DNA from: Eledone cirrhosa
Lineage: Eukaryota
Reading direction: 5' to 3'
DNA length: 64,000 bases
Assembly (NCBI GenBank): GCA_964016885.1
Contig: OZ024741.1
Span: 307,396,001-307,460,000 of the forward strand
The position numbers and the translations under genes are program-made. The notes under the pieces are model-generated. The model saw only the letters and a program-made list of their open reading frames with translations. It was not told the DNA's origin and made no database searches. Below are positions 13,735 to 27,805 of this stretch, one piece after another; the first letter of the stretch is position 1, and the number at the start of each line of letters is the position of its first letter.

Positions 13735-13921
13735 GGATTGGCACTATCGGTAGAGGGTCGGACGCCATGCTTTGCAGCAAAGAGTTACGGCCCCTTATGG
13801 TCTGAGTTCAAATCCCGCCGAGGTTAACTTTGCCTTTCATCCTTACGGTGTCGATAAAATAAAGTACCAGTAATGTACTGAGGTAATTGCTGGCCTTGTG
13901 CCAAAAGTAGAAATAATTATT
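13735..13921 (+). mobile_element. tRNA-derived SINE, major family (Nin/Deu-like core)
   Basis: B-box GAGTTCAAATCCC; core GCCTTTCATCCTTACGG..TCGATAAAATAAAGTACCAG; tail GTAGAAA(C/T)AATTATT. Confidence 0.85.
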
Positions 13922-14084
13922 GTGATTAACATTATTACATAACGTTCGGTTATGTATTGTACTATTTTAGATTTTGCACGTTAATGGTTTTGCTATAACC
14001 CCTCCTCACAGAAAATGTTTTATCTTCAATAGTGCATTTTATTTAAAAAAGAATATTGCGTAGTTTTGCAGCAAATAAATAGAC

Positions 14085-14176
14085 TCTTCTTCTTCTTCTT
14101 CTTCTTCTTCTTCTTCTTCTTCTTCTTCTTCTTCTTCTTCTTCTTCTTCGTCTTCTTCTTCTTCTTCTTCTTCTTC
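14085..14176. repeat. (TTC)n microsatellite
   Basis: Directly visible. Confidence 0.95.
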
Positions 14177-14194
14177 TCATCCCCCATTATTAGA

Positions 14195-14528
14195 GTTATG
14201 GCCCTTTTCGTTCTGAGTTCAAATCCCACCGAGGTTGACTTTACCTTTCACCCTTACGGAGTCGATAAAATAAAGTACCAGTAATGTACTGGGTAATTGC
14301 TGGTCTTGTGCCAAAAGTAGAAACAATTATTATTATTTGGATTAGCAGTATCGGTAGAGGGTCGGACGCCATGCTTTGCAGCAAAGAGTTACGGCCCTTT
14401 ATGGTCTGAGTTCAAATCCCGCCGAGGTTAACTTTGCCTTTCATCCTTACGGGGTCGATAAATTAAAGTACCAGTAATGTACTGGGATAATTGCTGGCCT
14501 TGTGCCAAATGTAGAAATTATTATTATT
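14195..14528 (+). mobile_element. Two tandem copies of the major SINE
   Basis: Partial copy 14195-14335 plus full copy 14338-14528, both matching 13735-13921. Confidence 0.85.
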
Positions 14529-14579
14529 ACTTTGATATTTCAGTCATTGTTACATTGTTATTATTTAACCACTACCTAC

Positions 14580-15745
14580 CAGCCTCAGATATTCAGAGCG
14601 TATCGGAGGGTCATTGCTAATCCCAGTAAGCATGCTATCTTGAGTGTTCGAAAGAAGGGAGTGGGGCTGATCTAATGTTCTTTAACCAGCCAGCGTTACT
14701 GACAGTATTGTTGTAGGAGATACCAATTATTCTATTTTCAATATTAAGTCATTGGATTTTTTCAAAACAACTTTAGGGACGTTTTGTCTGGTCCCATATC
14801 CTGCAATCGGAACACCTCTTCTTTTCCTGCAATTAAAATTGCAATCCAATCTTCGAGTGCGCTGGATTGTGAAGCCAGACGGCGGTAATAATTCTCCATC
14901 CCAGTGGAACACTAGCCGGCATCTGCCTTCAGGTGGGAAATCGGATAATTCGATTTCCTAAGCCATCTTCACACGGCGGCTGCTTTTGTTCGATAAAGAG
15001 TTGAGGGGGAAACCGAGAATTCAGACACATCATGACCAAGATTCTTTGCAATTGCGATTTAAGAAGTACTTCCTTATTATACCAATAGTTTCTCCCATTC
15101 CCACGTGGCAACAAGAGTGGCGTCAAGAGTCGACTTTATTCGCTGTGATTTTCGGCGTGGTGCTGACTTGAAGAGTTCATCATCATCATCATCATTAATA
15201 GCTGAGCTGTATGACGAACTTTCAAGAGATATTTTCCGGACATCTTCCTGACTGCGTCATACTGCTTTCTCTTTCTTACTTTAATATCATGAATCTTTTT
15301 CTTTTTCTTCTTCTGAATGGCTCTCAAATGTTCTGCATCAACAACCAGCCAGGAATGAAAACATCCAATCTTCTCGCTGTGTCTGAAAGACAGATTTTTC
15401 TTCAGCTGGGACATCCTTTTGTTTGAAAACATTCTGGTTTCTGGTTTACAACGTCTAAAATTTCTCTGAGGTCACCTTTCCAAATCTTACACTTTACAAT
15501 TGCTTTGTCAGTTTCTCGATTGAAGTGCAGATGTTTTTTTCTGTTTTTGGTTGGAGTATTTGCTTTCCCCGACATTTCCTGGATATTCTAACAAGTGATT
15601 TTTACAGCAACTGATATTATCTCCCCGAGTTCGACGTGATGGTAGAGAAAACTCAAAAGCACTTGTTGTTTCGAAGAGAGTTGAACCTGAGGGCTTTCTT
15701 TCAAGCAGCCAAATAGCCTTTTGGTTTCCATTTTCTAATTCTCTG
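14580..15745 (-). pseudogene. Decayed DDE transposase, hAT-superfamily (hATm-like)
   Basis: Manual translation across frames: IAKNLGHDVSEFSVSPSTLYR, LVFHWDGELLP, GVPIAGYGT, IIGISYNNTVSNAG. These correspond to HWDGKLL...CFDTTASNTG motifs. Many stops. Subfamily assigned from memory. Confidence 0.6.
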
Positions 15746-16285
15746 TAAAACATGAAAAGCAAAATCAATTACTTTAATAAGCCATTGGGTTCTCACATTC
15801 AGGCTATGACAAGCAAAAGAGACGTAAATTATTTTGTAACCATAACTGATGGAACTTGATGAAAACCAGAGTGTTTACTACTCACTAACAAAACTAACAC
15901 TGAAAGAACACTGTAATAAACCTTGCATTAGAACCTTATTGGTAACTCATTATCTTGCTGAATTATCAAAATAAGTATCGAAAAGCTCACCTCTTGTGAT
16001 ATTAAATACTTTTGTATGAATATATACAAAGTCAAAAACGGACAAAAATTCAACCTAGCTACAATCAACAATTGTTGAAGTAGATTTTTTACATATTTTT
16101 GGCATAGCATTAAAAAAACACCAAACTGTGCAACCTTTAAATATACTTGTATCTCCACGTATTTTCGCCTTGGAAGCTTTTATATAAAATGGATTCAGGG
16201 GCACAATTGACATGTGGTGAATCCAACAAACAAAATTTTCCCTATGATTATGCAACACGCTCATCTACATATATATATATATATA

Positions 16286-16353
<68 letters not shown>

Positions 16354-16580
16354 TGTGTGTGTGTGTGAGACAGTGTGTGTGTGTGTGTGTGTGTCTCTAT
16401 GTATATACATCCATTTTTGTATGGTAGCTGTATGGACTATGTGGAGACGTTAGGTGTTTGTAAACTGTTTATTGTTATAATTAGCAAAGATTAGATTATT
16501 ACCACCAAAACTAATCGGAGATTACCACTTTAACTTATACGCGTTAAGCAGAGAAAGAAAGAAAACAAAGAGATAGATTG

Positions 16581-16623
<43 letters not shown>

Positions 16624-17348
16624 TTATTATTATATTATATAATTATTATTATTATATATATAATTATTATTATTATTTTTTATTTTCCCTTCGTTTTTAA
16701 CAGCACTCTTCAATTACACCTAACTCTTATTTATCATATCTATATGAATTAATATAAATTTATCAATATAAATATACCTATCAATTTAATTAATTTATTT
16801 TCTTTTTATAGATGTAAACTCCCTATAATTTAAATAAGATTGATATTTTTCACTAACACATTTATCGTAAAATTTTATTCTCCTTAGATATTTACATTGG
16901 CATTATTCTTTTATAACATCAATTTTTCGTGTACTTTTTACCGACTTGACCTATTTTCATCCCTAAAATAATCTTTTCATTCATCATACTCTTTCCATTC
17001 AAAACTGAAATCTGCCTTCCTCTACCCTTAAATTAAATTTCTACTACTACTATTCTATCAACTTGACCACTTACTACCTTTCTATTGGTCAATTCAAAAC
17101 CTGTTCCCAAACAAACCTATTATATTAAATCTTTGTTGGTTTTTTTCAATAAACAAATATCATTATTTCTGAAGACAGCATATATATGTTTAGGTATGTA
17201 TATTCCCTGTGATAGTTTGTAAAAATTTTACATAGATCTATATGATATACATACCAACACACACATATATATCCTAGAAACGATCGTAAAATGATGAACT
17301 TTTTAATATAAGGAACTGTTTCTTTGTTTTTATTCATTATTTTTATTA

Positions 17349-17415
<67 letters not shown>

Positions 17416-17449
17416 TGGAGAGAGAGAGAGATAGTAGATAAATAGATAT

Positions 17450-17594
17450 ATTTGCCACAGGGGCGTAAAAAGCCCACAGAGGGACTAGCTTCGGCCACAG
17501 AGGGACTTCAACCCACGACCTCAGATGACTTTTAGATGATGTCATTAACAGTCTGATGCTCAGCCGACTGAGATATGCGGTCTAACTTAACAGT
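17450..17594 (-). mobile_element. tRNA-headed short element with a Tx1-like 3' tail, in (TATC)n
   Basis: Minus strand: 12-nt leader, tRNA cloverleaf 17582-17492, TTTTT, then GCCCCTGTGGCAAATATATCTAT. (TATC)-type repeats on both sides. Confidence 0.65.
17492..17582 (-). tRNA. tRNA-like sequence (Lys-like body, anticodon reads GTT) with a 19-nt insertion at 37/38; probably a pseudogene or SINE head
   Basis: GACCGCA-TATCTCAGTCGGCTGAGC-A-TCAGA-CTGTTA-[19 nt]-A-TCTGA-GGTC-GTGGGTTGAAGTCCCTC-TGTGGCC-G. T-loop reads GTTG instead of GTTC. Confidence 0.6.
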
Positions 17595-17645
17595 TAGATA
17601 GATAGATAGATATTTAGATATAGATAAATAGATAGACAGACAGAC

Positions 17646-17706
<61 letters not shown>

Positions 17707-17850
17707 CATCTACAGACAGAAACATTACCCTTATGTATATAAATGTATGTATTATATAATTACAATATATAACTATGCGTAACATACACACACACACACA
17801 CAAACATAATACACACATACATAACATAAACATACACAGACATACATACT

Positions 17851-17882
<32 letters not shown>

Positions 17883-18155
17883 TGCAGAATCGAAATTACA
17901 TAAGACGAACAGACAACTGCATCTCATATTTGTTAGCCACCTGGTGTGTGCTATTTTCCATGTATACAAGCATACGTGTATGTGTGTGTGCGTTTGTGTA
18001 TTTGTATGTTTGTGTGTCTGTGTGTAGGTGTGTCTGTCTGTGTGTTTGTGTGTGTATGCGTTTTCTATTTATATATATATATATTAGCTTATGTATAAGC
18101 ACTTGCACAAATGAATACACCCACACGTGCATTCATACATACATACATACATACA

Positions 18156-18197
<42 letters not shown>

Positions 18198-18307
18198 CAT
18201 ACATATATGTATGCACACTCACACATATATACATATATATATTTCTGTCAATATTATCACAACAATATGACCCTCCCCAACTATAACAATATATATATAT
18301 ATATAAA

Positions 18308-18509
18308 GGTAGAACACTGGAAGGTAATGCCCGTTGTAGTAGAGCACTCAATCCATGGGACGAGTTTGGTAGAAGTAGTAATACAACAGTTAGTTCACCA
18401 CACCGAGAACAATTGTTTCCCCTTGTGCGGATCGTCAGCTCTGAAGATCCGCATAAGGTGAAACAATTGTTCTCGGTGTGGTGAACTGACTGTTGTATTA
18501 CTACTTCTA
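18308..18509 (-). mobile_element. Family D palindromic hammerhead element
   Basis: Inverted repeat 18370-18509. Minus-strand hammerhead 18405-18441: GAG-CTGACGA-tccgcacaaggg-GAAAC-AATT-GTT-CTC. Relative at 60197-60336. Confidence 0.75.
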
Positions 18510-18510
18510 T

Positions 18511-18544
<34 letters not shown>

Positions 18545-19364
18545 TTACTTATATGAATGTACGTATGAATTTGTGTGATGAGTATGTATGTATGTATGTA
18601 TGTATGTATATATGTATGTATGTATGTATGTATGGGCTCAAGTACCGCTGCCTACCATTTTGGGTAAGTGTATTTAAAATAACCTCAGCTCTTGCCAATC
18701 ATTGTGAATGAAATGGCTTAATAATTGTTTCTACTTTTGGCACAAGGCCAGCAATTATCCCAGTGCATTACTGGTACTTTATTTTATCGATCCCGTAAGG
18801 ATGAAAGGCAAAGTTAACCTCGGCGGGGCTTAATAATAACTCTGTAGAAGCCCCTTGTATATACTGTATCTGTAATTTCAAAGGTTCCGCCCTGTCGTAT
18901 ATCGTGTCAGGCTGATTTGGTTCGGGATTTACGTGACAAGTTCACGAGTTTGTCTAATACTCAACCACTTACACGTTAATTCACGAGTTGATTGAACAAA
19001 CAAGATGTGCTCAATATATAAACCGACGGAGACTCCATTATCGTCTTCATTATCGTTACCATCGTCGTCACCATGTAAGTATATGTGTTTGGTGGTAAGT
19101 ATTTATATATATAGCAAATCAATATTAGTTTTATTACTTTATATTTAAATTAGGAATTTCTTAGTAATAAACAACATGTGTGTCTGCATGTCACTAGGAC
19201 CTTGACATATTGTATATATACATACACAGAAACACTATCGCATATATATATACAGTGAAACAATAATCCGATGTTAAACAGCTTCAGGGGAAAGCATCAG
19301 ACAAAGCGTGTATATATAGTTAATAAATGTGATATGATGCAACACTGATTCCTCGTTCTTTATA

Positions 19365-19418
<54 letters not shown>

Positions 19419-19422
<4 letters not shown>

Positions 19423-20280
19423 GGAAAAAATGAAACGAAATTTCATTTCCCACTCTTAGTACGGCTGTTACTTAAATATAAGTATGTATACGTACATACA
19501 TATATGTATACAGACGTACAGTAGTATGTATATATACATACATGCACACAAATATATATGTACGTATTGATTCACCGTACATTTATTATAGTGCTCGGTT
19601 TGTTTGTAAACAAACATCCCGTATTAAGCCGTACAGTGTCTAGCAACCAACGTTGCCCTTTTGTTCAACACTGACAAAGGAACGCTGTACTAGTTTCAAG
19701 CTTATTAGCTATCGTCAGCAACGTATACCTTCCTGCCAGATGATTGAACGTCTGAAAATATATACTTTCTTTATGCATATTAACGACTGAGCAGCCTAAT
19801 TTGCATATCGAGTGAGTTAATCGGCCGGACGAACTGAAAACGATAAATGGAAAAAATGAAACGAAATTTCATTCCTCACTTTTAGTACGGCTGTTACTTA
19901 AATATAAGTATATATACGTACATACTCGATATGCAAATATGTAACTCACTCGATATGCAAATTAGGCTGCTCAGCCGTTAATATGCATAAGGAAAGTATA
20001 TACTTTCAGACGTTCAATCATCTGGCAGGAAGGTATACGTTGCTGACGATAGCTAATAAGCTTGAAACTAGTACATCGTTCATTTGTCAGTGTTGAACAA
20101 ATGGTTGCTAGACACTGTACGGCTTAATACGGGATGTTTGTTTACAAACACACCGAGCATTATAATAAATGTTCGGTAAACCCATACGTACATATATATT
20201 TGTGTGCATGTATGTATATATATATACATACTACTGTACGTCTGTATACATATATGTATGTACGTATACATACTTATATA
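19419..20280. mobile_element. Family E elements head-to-head, two hammerheads
   Basis: Minus copy 19419-19925 (hammerhead 19682-19724) and plus copy 19925-20280 (hammerhead 20037-20079), both with a CTGACGA core. Confidence 0.8.
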
Positions 20281-20362
20281 TATATATATACGTACACATG
20301 CACACATATATACTCATACACAAACGCACACACACACACACCACACACACACATACATACAT

Positions 20363-20433
<71 letters not shown>

Positions 20434-21121
20434 CATACATACACATCCTAAATAAGACACAAACACACGCATCAGATGCTCGTATATATCCATACTCACC
20501 AAGCACATACTGACACACATCTTTAGAGAGATGGACGCACTAATGCGATGCAGCTCGACCACACACACACATACACGAGTACTATTGACATATCGGATGC
20601 TCCTCCCACCACTCCTGTATCCCCACCTTCACGCAGACATACAGACAGCCCTACATTCTTCACTACATCACATTTCTGATGACATTCCTACCAGCACTGA
20701 TTAAAAGAATGTCTCTTCTCTCTCACCGTCTCGTAACTTCTCTCCAGCTTTCATTTCTTTCCCGGTGAAGGACTAAATGATGATACATTGAAGGCACTTT
20801 TCTTTCCATTTCACGCATGCGTTAACCTAATAACACTTTTTGTAAATTTCTGCCTAAGTTTTTTTTTACTATATATATATATATATATTCCTTTTTTCAT
20901 CATCGACCTTCCATTACATACCTACTGCGCTAATGGCCCGATTGAAGTCTGCATAGAATTTCCATATATCTTAAGACAATCATACACACATTCATGTATT
21001 ACATACCTATGTAGATATATTACATAAATATATATATAAACACATATATTACATGCATAGGTGCTTATATTACATATACAAGTATATTTATTACATCAAT
21101 ACGTTTATATATTACATACAT

Positions 21122-21802
<681 letters not shown>

Positions 21803-21869
21803 CATATGTTATACGCATGCGTGCATATATTGAATGCACCCATAGATGTATTACATACATACGTATGTT

Positions 21870-21924
<55 letters not shown>

Positions 21925-22267
21925 TATGTTACACACATACATATATTACGTACATTTAACGCACAGATTTCACATCGCTCTATCTCTTCATCTCTCACCA
22001 TTTTCCGCAACGGAGTTATCAACCTATTTGTCAGACAACCAGCATTTGCACCATCGCTGTTACTCTTTCACTTATCCACCACACAACTGTATATCTTTCG
22101 TCTTTTTGCCTTGTGTGTTTCATTGAATTTGAGGTTTTCACTAAATCTCAGAGCGTAGACCGCCGTACGATATCATAAATGCTGTCAATTTGATGATGCC
22201 GCCGACGGATGGAGCTATGGCCTTGTACCAACACCCTGTGCTTGAACACTTGACAGCTTATATTTTT

Positions 22268-22412
22268 GCAGCATAGAGTTATGTCCCTTTACGGTCTGAG
22301 TTCAAATCCCGCCGAGGTTAACTTTGCCTTTCATCCTTACGGGGTCGATAAAATAAAGTACCAGTAATGTACTGGGTAATTGCTGGCCTTGTGCCAAAAT
22401 GGAAACAATTAT
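22268..22412 (+). mobile_element. Major SINE, 5'-truncated
   Basis: Matches 13735-13921. Confidence 0.8.
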
Positions 22413-22593
22413 TAGCTTTCTTTACTACATCGCAAATATTAAGAAATAGAGAACGTCTGGAAACGTCCCTCAAAATCACAGTGATACATACATGCACATG
22501 CTTATACACACGTGCGTACACAGAAAAATATACGCACACATTGAAGTAAATACACGTAGATAAAAAAGTACTCAAAGATTGAAACTCATACAT

Positions 22594-22659
<66 letters not shown>

Positions 22660-22673
<14 letters not shown>

Positions 22674-23552
22674 TGGTTGTCTGTCTGTCTATCGATTTTT
22701 GGCACACATCTCCTCTTAGAATCTCTCACGGAATTGCACCGAAATTGCTATACTTGTACATTGAGCCCTAGCGAAGACATCGGAAAAAAAAATTTAAAAT
22801 TGACCCACCCTATGTGACGAAATCGAATATAATGTATCGATTTTTGAGCGTAAGTTATCAGTTATTTCCCTTTGTTCTGTTTACATTGAGCGTCTTACGT
22901 AAAAAATTACGTTGGCTTTCTCAGTTGTCGAGCCAGCAAAATATTGACCTGCAAAATTCATCAGTTCGAACACTAAGCTTCCGTTTTGCTTCATTTCCAT
23001 TTAAAAGCATTTTAAAACAATAATTTTACTTGAAAACAAGTCTATTTAAAGACTACGTAAAACAAGCAAATATTTCGTCGTTAGGCGTGCAGACAGACAG
23101 TCGTGCAGAGAGGTGATATACGCGTGCAGACAGACAGTCGTGCAGAGAGGTGATATAGGCGTGCAGACAGATAGTCGTGCAGAGAGGTGATATAGGCGTG
23201 CAGACAGACAGTCGTGCAGAGAGGTGATATAGGCGTGCAGACAGACATAACTGATAATTTGGTTATGCTAATGTTTTTCTCTGCGTTGCAGTGTTTACAT
23301 TTTCGATCTTTGTTAATAAATAACCAGTGCAGTTTCTATCCCCAGCATCCTCTTTTGTTATAACATTCGGGTTATCGTTATGTTTTCTTAACTTCATAAG
23401 GCATATTGTTGGTTGAGGGAATATTAATCAAAAACACCACATGCAAGTCTGCACAGTAGACACTACAGTTTTTAAGCCAAGAAAGAAACTTAACATTGTA
23501 ACTTTAACACAGCTACTGAGCGACCCCGAGCAACGCCGGGCTTTACTGCTAG
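22660..23552 (+). mobile_element. Non-autonomous Helitron, copy 1
   Basis: 3' hairpin CCCG-AGCAACGC-CGGG followed by CTAG|T; 5' TATATAAA..(GTCT)n; internal 36-bp minisatellite. Confidence 0.8.
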
Positions 23553-24609
23553 TATATATATAAAGCTGTGGTTGTCTGTCTGTCTATTGATTTTTGGCAC
23601 ACATCTCCTCTTAGAATCTCTGACGGAATTGCACCGAAATTGCTATACTTGTACATTGAACCCTAGCGAAAACATCGGAAAAAAAATATTTCAAATTGAC
23701 CCACCTTATGTGACGAAATCGAATCTAATGTATCGATTTTTGAGCGTAAGTGACGAGTCATTTCCCTTTGTTCTGTTTACATTGAGCGTCTGCGTGCAAA
23801 AATTAAAAAAATTACGCTGGCTTTCTCAGCGTTTAAAATGACATTAACACAATACACGAACAGTTGTCGAGCCAGCAAAATTTTGACCTGCAAAATTCAT
23901 CAGTTCGAACACTAAGCTTCCGTTTTGCTTCATTTCCATTTAAAAGCCTTTTAAAACAATATTTTTACTTGAAAACAAGTCTATTTAAAGACTACGTAAA
24001 ACAAGCAAATATTTCGTAAAAAAAAGCAAAAATTATATAAGTTTATTTAAAATATATGTATCTGTAAATTTCGTTAGGCGTGCAGACAGACAGTCGTGCA
24101 GACAGACAGTCGTGCAGACAGACAGTCGTGCAGACAGACAGTCGTGCAGACAGACAGTCGTGCAGAGAGGTGATATACGCGTACAGACAGATAGTCGTTC
24201 AGAGAGGTGATATACGCGTGCAGACAGACAGTCGTGCAGAGAGGTGATATAGGCGTGCAGACAGACAGTCGTGCAGAGAGGTGATATAGGCGTGCAGAGA
24301 GACATAACTGATAATTTGGTTACGCTAATGTTTTTCTCTGCGTTGCAGTGTTTACATTTTCGATCTTTGTTAATAAATAACCTGTGCAGTTTCTATCCCC
24401 AGCATCCTCTTTTGTTATAACATTCGGGTTATCGTTATGTTTTCTTAACTTCATAAGGCATATTGTTGGTTGAGGGAATATTAATAAAAAACACCACATG
24501 CAAGTCTGCACAGTAGACACTACAGTTTTTAAGCCAAAAAAGAAACTTAACATTGTAACTTTAACACAGCTACTGAGCGACCCCGAGCAACGCCGGGCTT
24601 TACTGCTAG
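23553..24609 (+). mobile_element. Non-autonomous Helitron, copy 2 (tandem)
   Basis: Direct repeat of copy 1 with indels; same hairpin + CTAG|T end at 24606-24610. Confidence 0.8.
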
Positions 24610-24611
24610 TA

Positions 24612-24830
24612 TAATATAAAATCAAAAGATGGTTAAAACAGTTCCATGTATTTTATTATGCGCATTTCAAAAACATGTTTTTGAAATGCGCATAATAAAA
24701 TACATGGAACTCTTTTAACCATCTTTTGATTTTATATTATTTATACTCCAGTCCTATAAACTGTTGAGTGCTACTTATCCGATATTTGCATTGCTTTATT
24801 GTACTACCTAAAACTTACCTCCTACATATA
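24612..24830 (+). mobile_element. Family C palindromic element with a half hammerhead
   Basis: Near-perfect inverted repeat 24612-24740 with GAAA-TGCGCA-TA (palindromic stem III), then an ACTC..TTGAGT tail. Confidence 0.55.
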
Positions 24831-25226
24831 TATATGTTCGATCTTCCAGAAACCTAACTTGTATACACCACAAGCGGATTTTGTTGATTTCGGATTTACA
24901 GAAACCTCACTTGGATATTCAGTAATTTCCAAGTGGCGGTCCAGGTATGTTATATATACAGATATGTGCATATATGTATGTATGTCTATTTTTATATGTA
25001 TATATCTATGTGTGTGTATGTGTGTGCGTGTATTTCCTTTTCTCACTAGTCAGTTCTTTCGTTGCTACAGATCACGCGGCTAAATTAGCGGTCGCTATTT
25101 TCAATTTGCTGAGCCCTTTAAACTGTATGTTATTACTCTGGCGTCTATACCTTGTCGAGTGCTTGGCTCCACTACTGAAGGCTTTCGTTGGCTTGGCTGC
25201 TGATCGAACTTCGAATATGCTGTACT

Positions 25227-25309
<83 letters not shown>

Positions 25310-25500
25310 GTTATTCCGGGTTGAATCGGAGGTAACCACAGTAAGTAAGGTACTCAATACATTGCAGAGTATAAAAGTTTTAATATAGATGAGATTCTAC
25401 AGGACTAGAACTGTTTCATTCTTTAGAAATCATCAGGAATCTCCTGATGATTTCTAAAGAATGAAACAGTTCTAGTCCTGTAGAATCTCATCTATATTAA

Positions 25501-25504
<4 letters not shown>
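25310..25504 (-). mobile_element. Family A element with a perfect ~62-bp inverted repeat and intact hammerhead
   Basis: Minus-strand hammerhead 25391-25443: GAGATTC-CTGATGA-tttctaaagaat-GAAACAG-ttctagtc-CTGTA-GAATCTC (7-bp stem I). (TA)n on both sides. Confidence 0.85.
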
Positions 25505-25572
<68 letters not shown>

Positions 25573-25831
25573 ATGCAATTCACTTCTACCCCTCAACGTG
25601 ATATTCCTTCCTAAAAACAAAGTTGACGGAGTATTTTTAAAAAGAGGAAAATGCGAAGTTGAAGATGTTAGCGTCCTTTATTAATTGAGCCGTTATATAT
25701 ATTTCAATGACGATAGATATCGCCATTTCTTCAGACAGCAAAAATTGATTAAACGTTAACATTTCCGAGAAAATTTTGGGTGGAAGGTAGCGGACTAAAA
25801 AATGTGTATGTTTTTGCTTTGAGTGTCCGCT

Positions 25832-25930
<99 letters not shown>

Positions 25931-27805
25931 CTTACTTATACATTATACAAATACACTCATACACACACGCACACAGGCACGCGCTCACACACACGCACAC
26001 ACACACACATATATAGATTGCCTATAAAGAGAAAGACGCAGGTGGGGTAAAGGGGTAGAGAAGGAGAAGGATGTTGAGGAGGTAGATGGAAAACATGAGC
26101 TACGAGAGGAAGTAGGAGAAAATAGGAGAAAAAAAAAACAGCAGGAGATAAAGAAGGACAAGAAGACGTGTGAGTGTAGACATTATGCAAAGATAAATAT
26201 GCATTAACACATACACAGAAATATAGAGAATGTGAGGAGCAGTTAAAGTAGAGTGTGGAGAGAGAGTGAGAGAGAGGGAGTGAGAGGGAGGGAGAGAGAG
26301 AAAGTGAGATATACAGAGAGAGAGGGTGAGAGAGAGGGTGAGAGAGAGAGGGTGAGAGAGAGGGTGAGAGAGAGAGAAATACTTTAGAGAGGGGCAGTAA
26401 TAGACTATTACATACCATAAACCATTCAACAATAAACCATCACCAATAACAGAACTATAATAGACCGATAAAACAAGTATTAAAATGGCGGGATCGTGCA
26501 TTTGAATAATAGTTAATGATTGTATGTATATGTGTATATATATATATATATGTGTATATGTATACACATATATATATGTACATATATGTATATATGTGTG
26601 TCTGTGTGTGTCTGTGTGTATGCATATATATATGGCTACGTAAATGTATACATATATATATATATACACATTTATATATATGTATGTAGGTGTATATGTA
26701 TGTATGTACACACATACATTTTGTATATGTGTGTACGTTGTGTTTGTGTGTGCGTATGTGTATTTATGTGTGTTTTAAGTGACTATGTGTGCATGCGTGT
26801 GATTTTGTGTGCGCCTGAGACTGTGCATATGTTTTATAGACAGCCATTAGAAGTGGCATCATCATGTTAACCACAGGCTTAGCTGGAGTGTTGGAGTCGG
26901 TGTTGGGTGGAATTGAGACAATAAAATAGATTGGAGAAGTGAAGTATCAGGGGGAAGATGGGGTAATGGAAAAGAGAAGAAGAAGAAGAAGAAGAAGAAG
27001 AAGAAGAAGAAGAAAAGATGAAGAAGAAGGGAATAAAGGAAATTCAGAAGTTTTAAACAATAAAAAAAAAATTAAATATAGAAATACAACAACAACAACA
27101 ACATTAAGTAACTAAGTAAACACCATCATTCAAATCATGTTACAAATCGTTCACAATTAAAAGACAAAATCTTCTTTCGTAGCAGGTGAAGGATATGAGC
27201 TTGTAAGATATTTGATTTTGAGTTTTATTTATTTCAATACTTAAGTACAATGTCTGTATATATATTTGCCGAAGACAGAAAGGTATGCTGACACACGCAC
27301 ACAATTCGCATTTGTTATTAAAGATTATCTTCTAGTTTCTTCGTTTTACGAATTCAGTTAAAAGTCAAGGTGTCTTTAAGAATGCACAAATCAAAATATC
27401 TTTCATGTGACGTCTTTCTAGTTCAATTGTTTGAACTAGAAAGACGTCACAAACAAGCATACAAATATAACGTTTTAGTATAATAGATATTATGTTTAAG
27501 AAAATAGTCTGTTCAATGTTATCACGATGGTTATCAGAGCCGTGATTATTCCGGTTTCAACGGTGTTAAGCGACTGAGAGTACAAGACATCACTACGCTC
27601 TGAACATGACGCCTGTCCACCGCAAAGGTACCTCCCCCCGCCCTACTAATTGTAAAAGAGGGACGTGACATGGAGAGTTTTGCTCAAGAAAATAACGCAC
27701 ATCCACTCTATCCAACGAGGGACTCATCTTCACGATAGCTATGGAGTATATCATTAAATAGTCTTTAAAACTTTAATTGTTATGACTTTAGCTCTATATA
27801 TGGTA

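Noticed and set aside
22181-22257. Degenerate hammerhead (8-bp stem I, TTGATGA); similar at 25170-25225, 33968-34051, 56985-57020
   Set aside because: Core or stem III broken; possibly decayed members, but not supportable individually.
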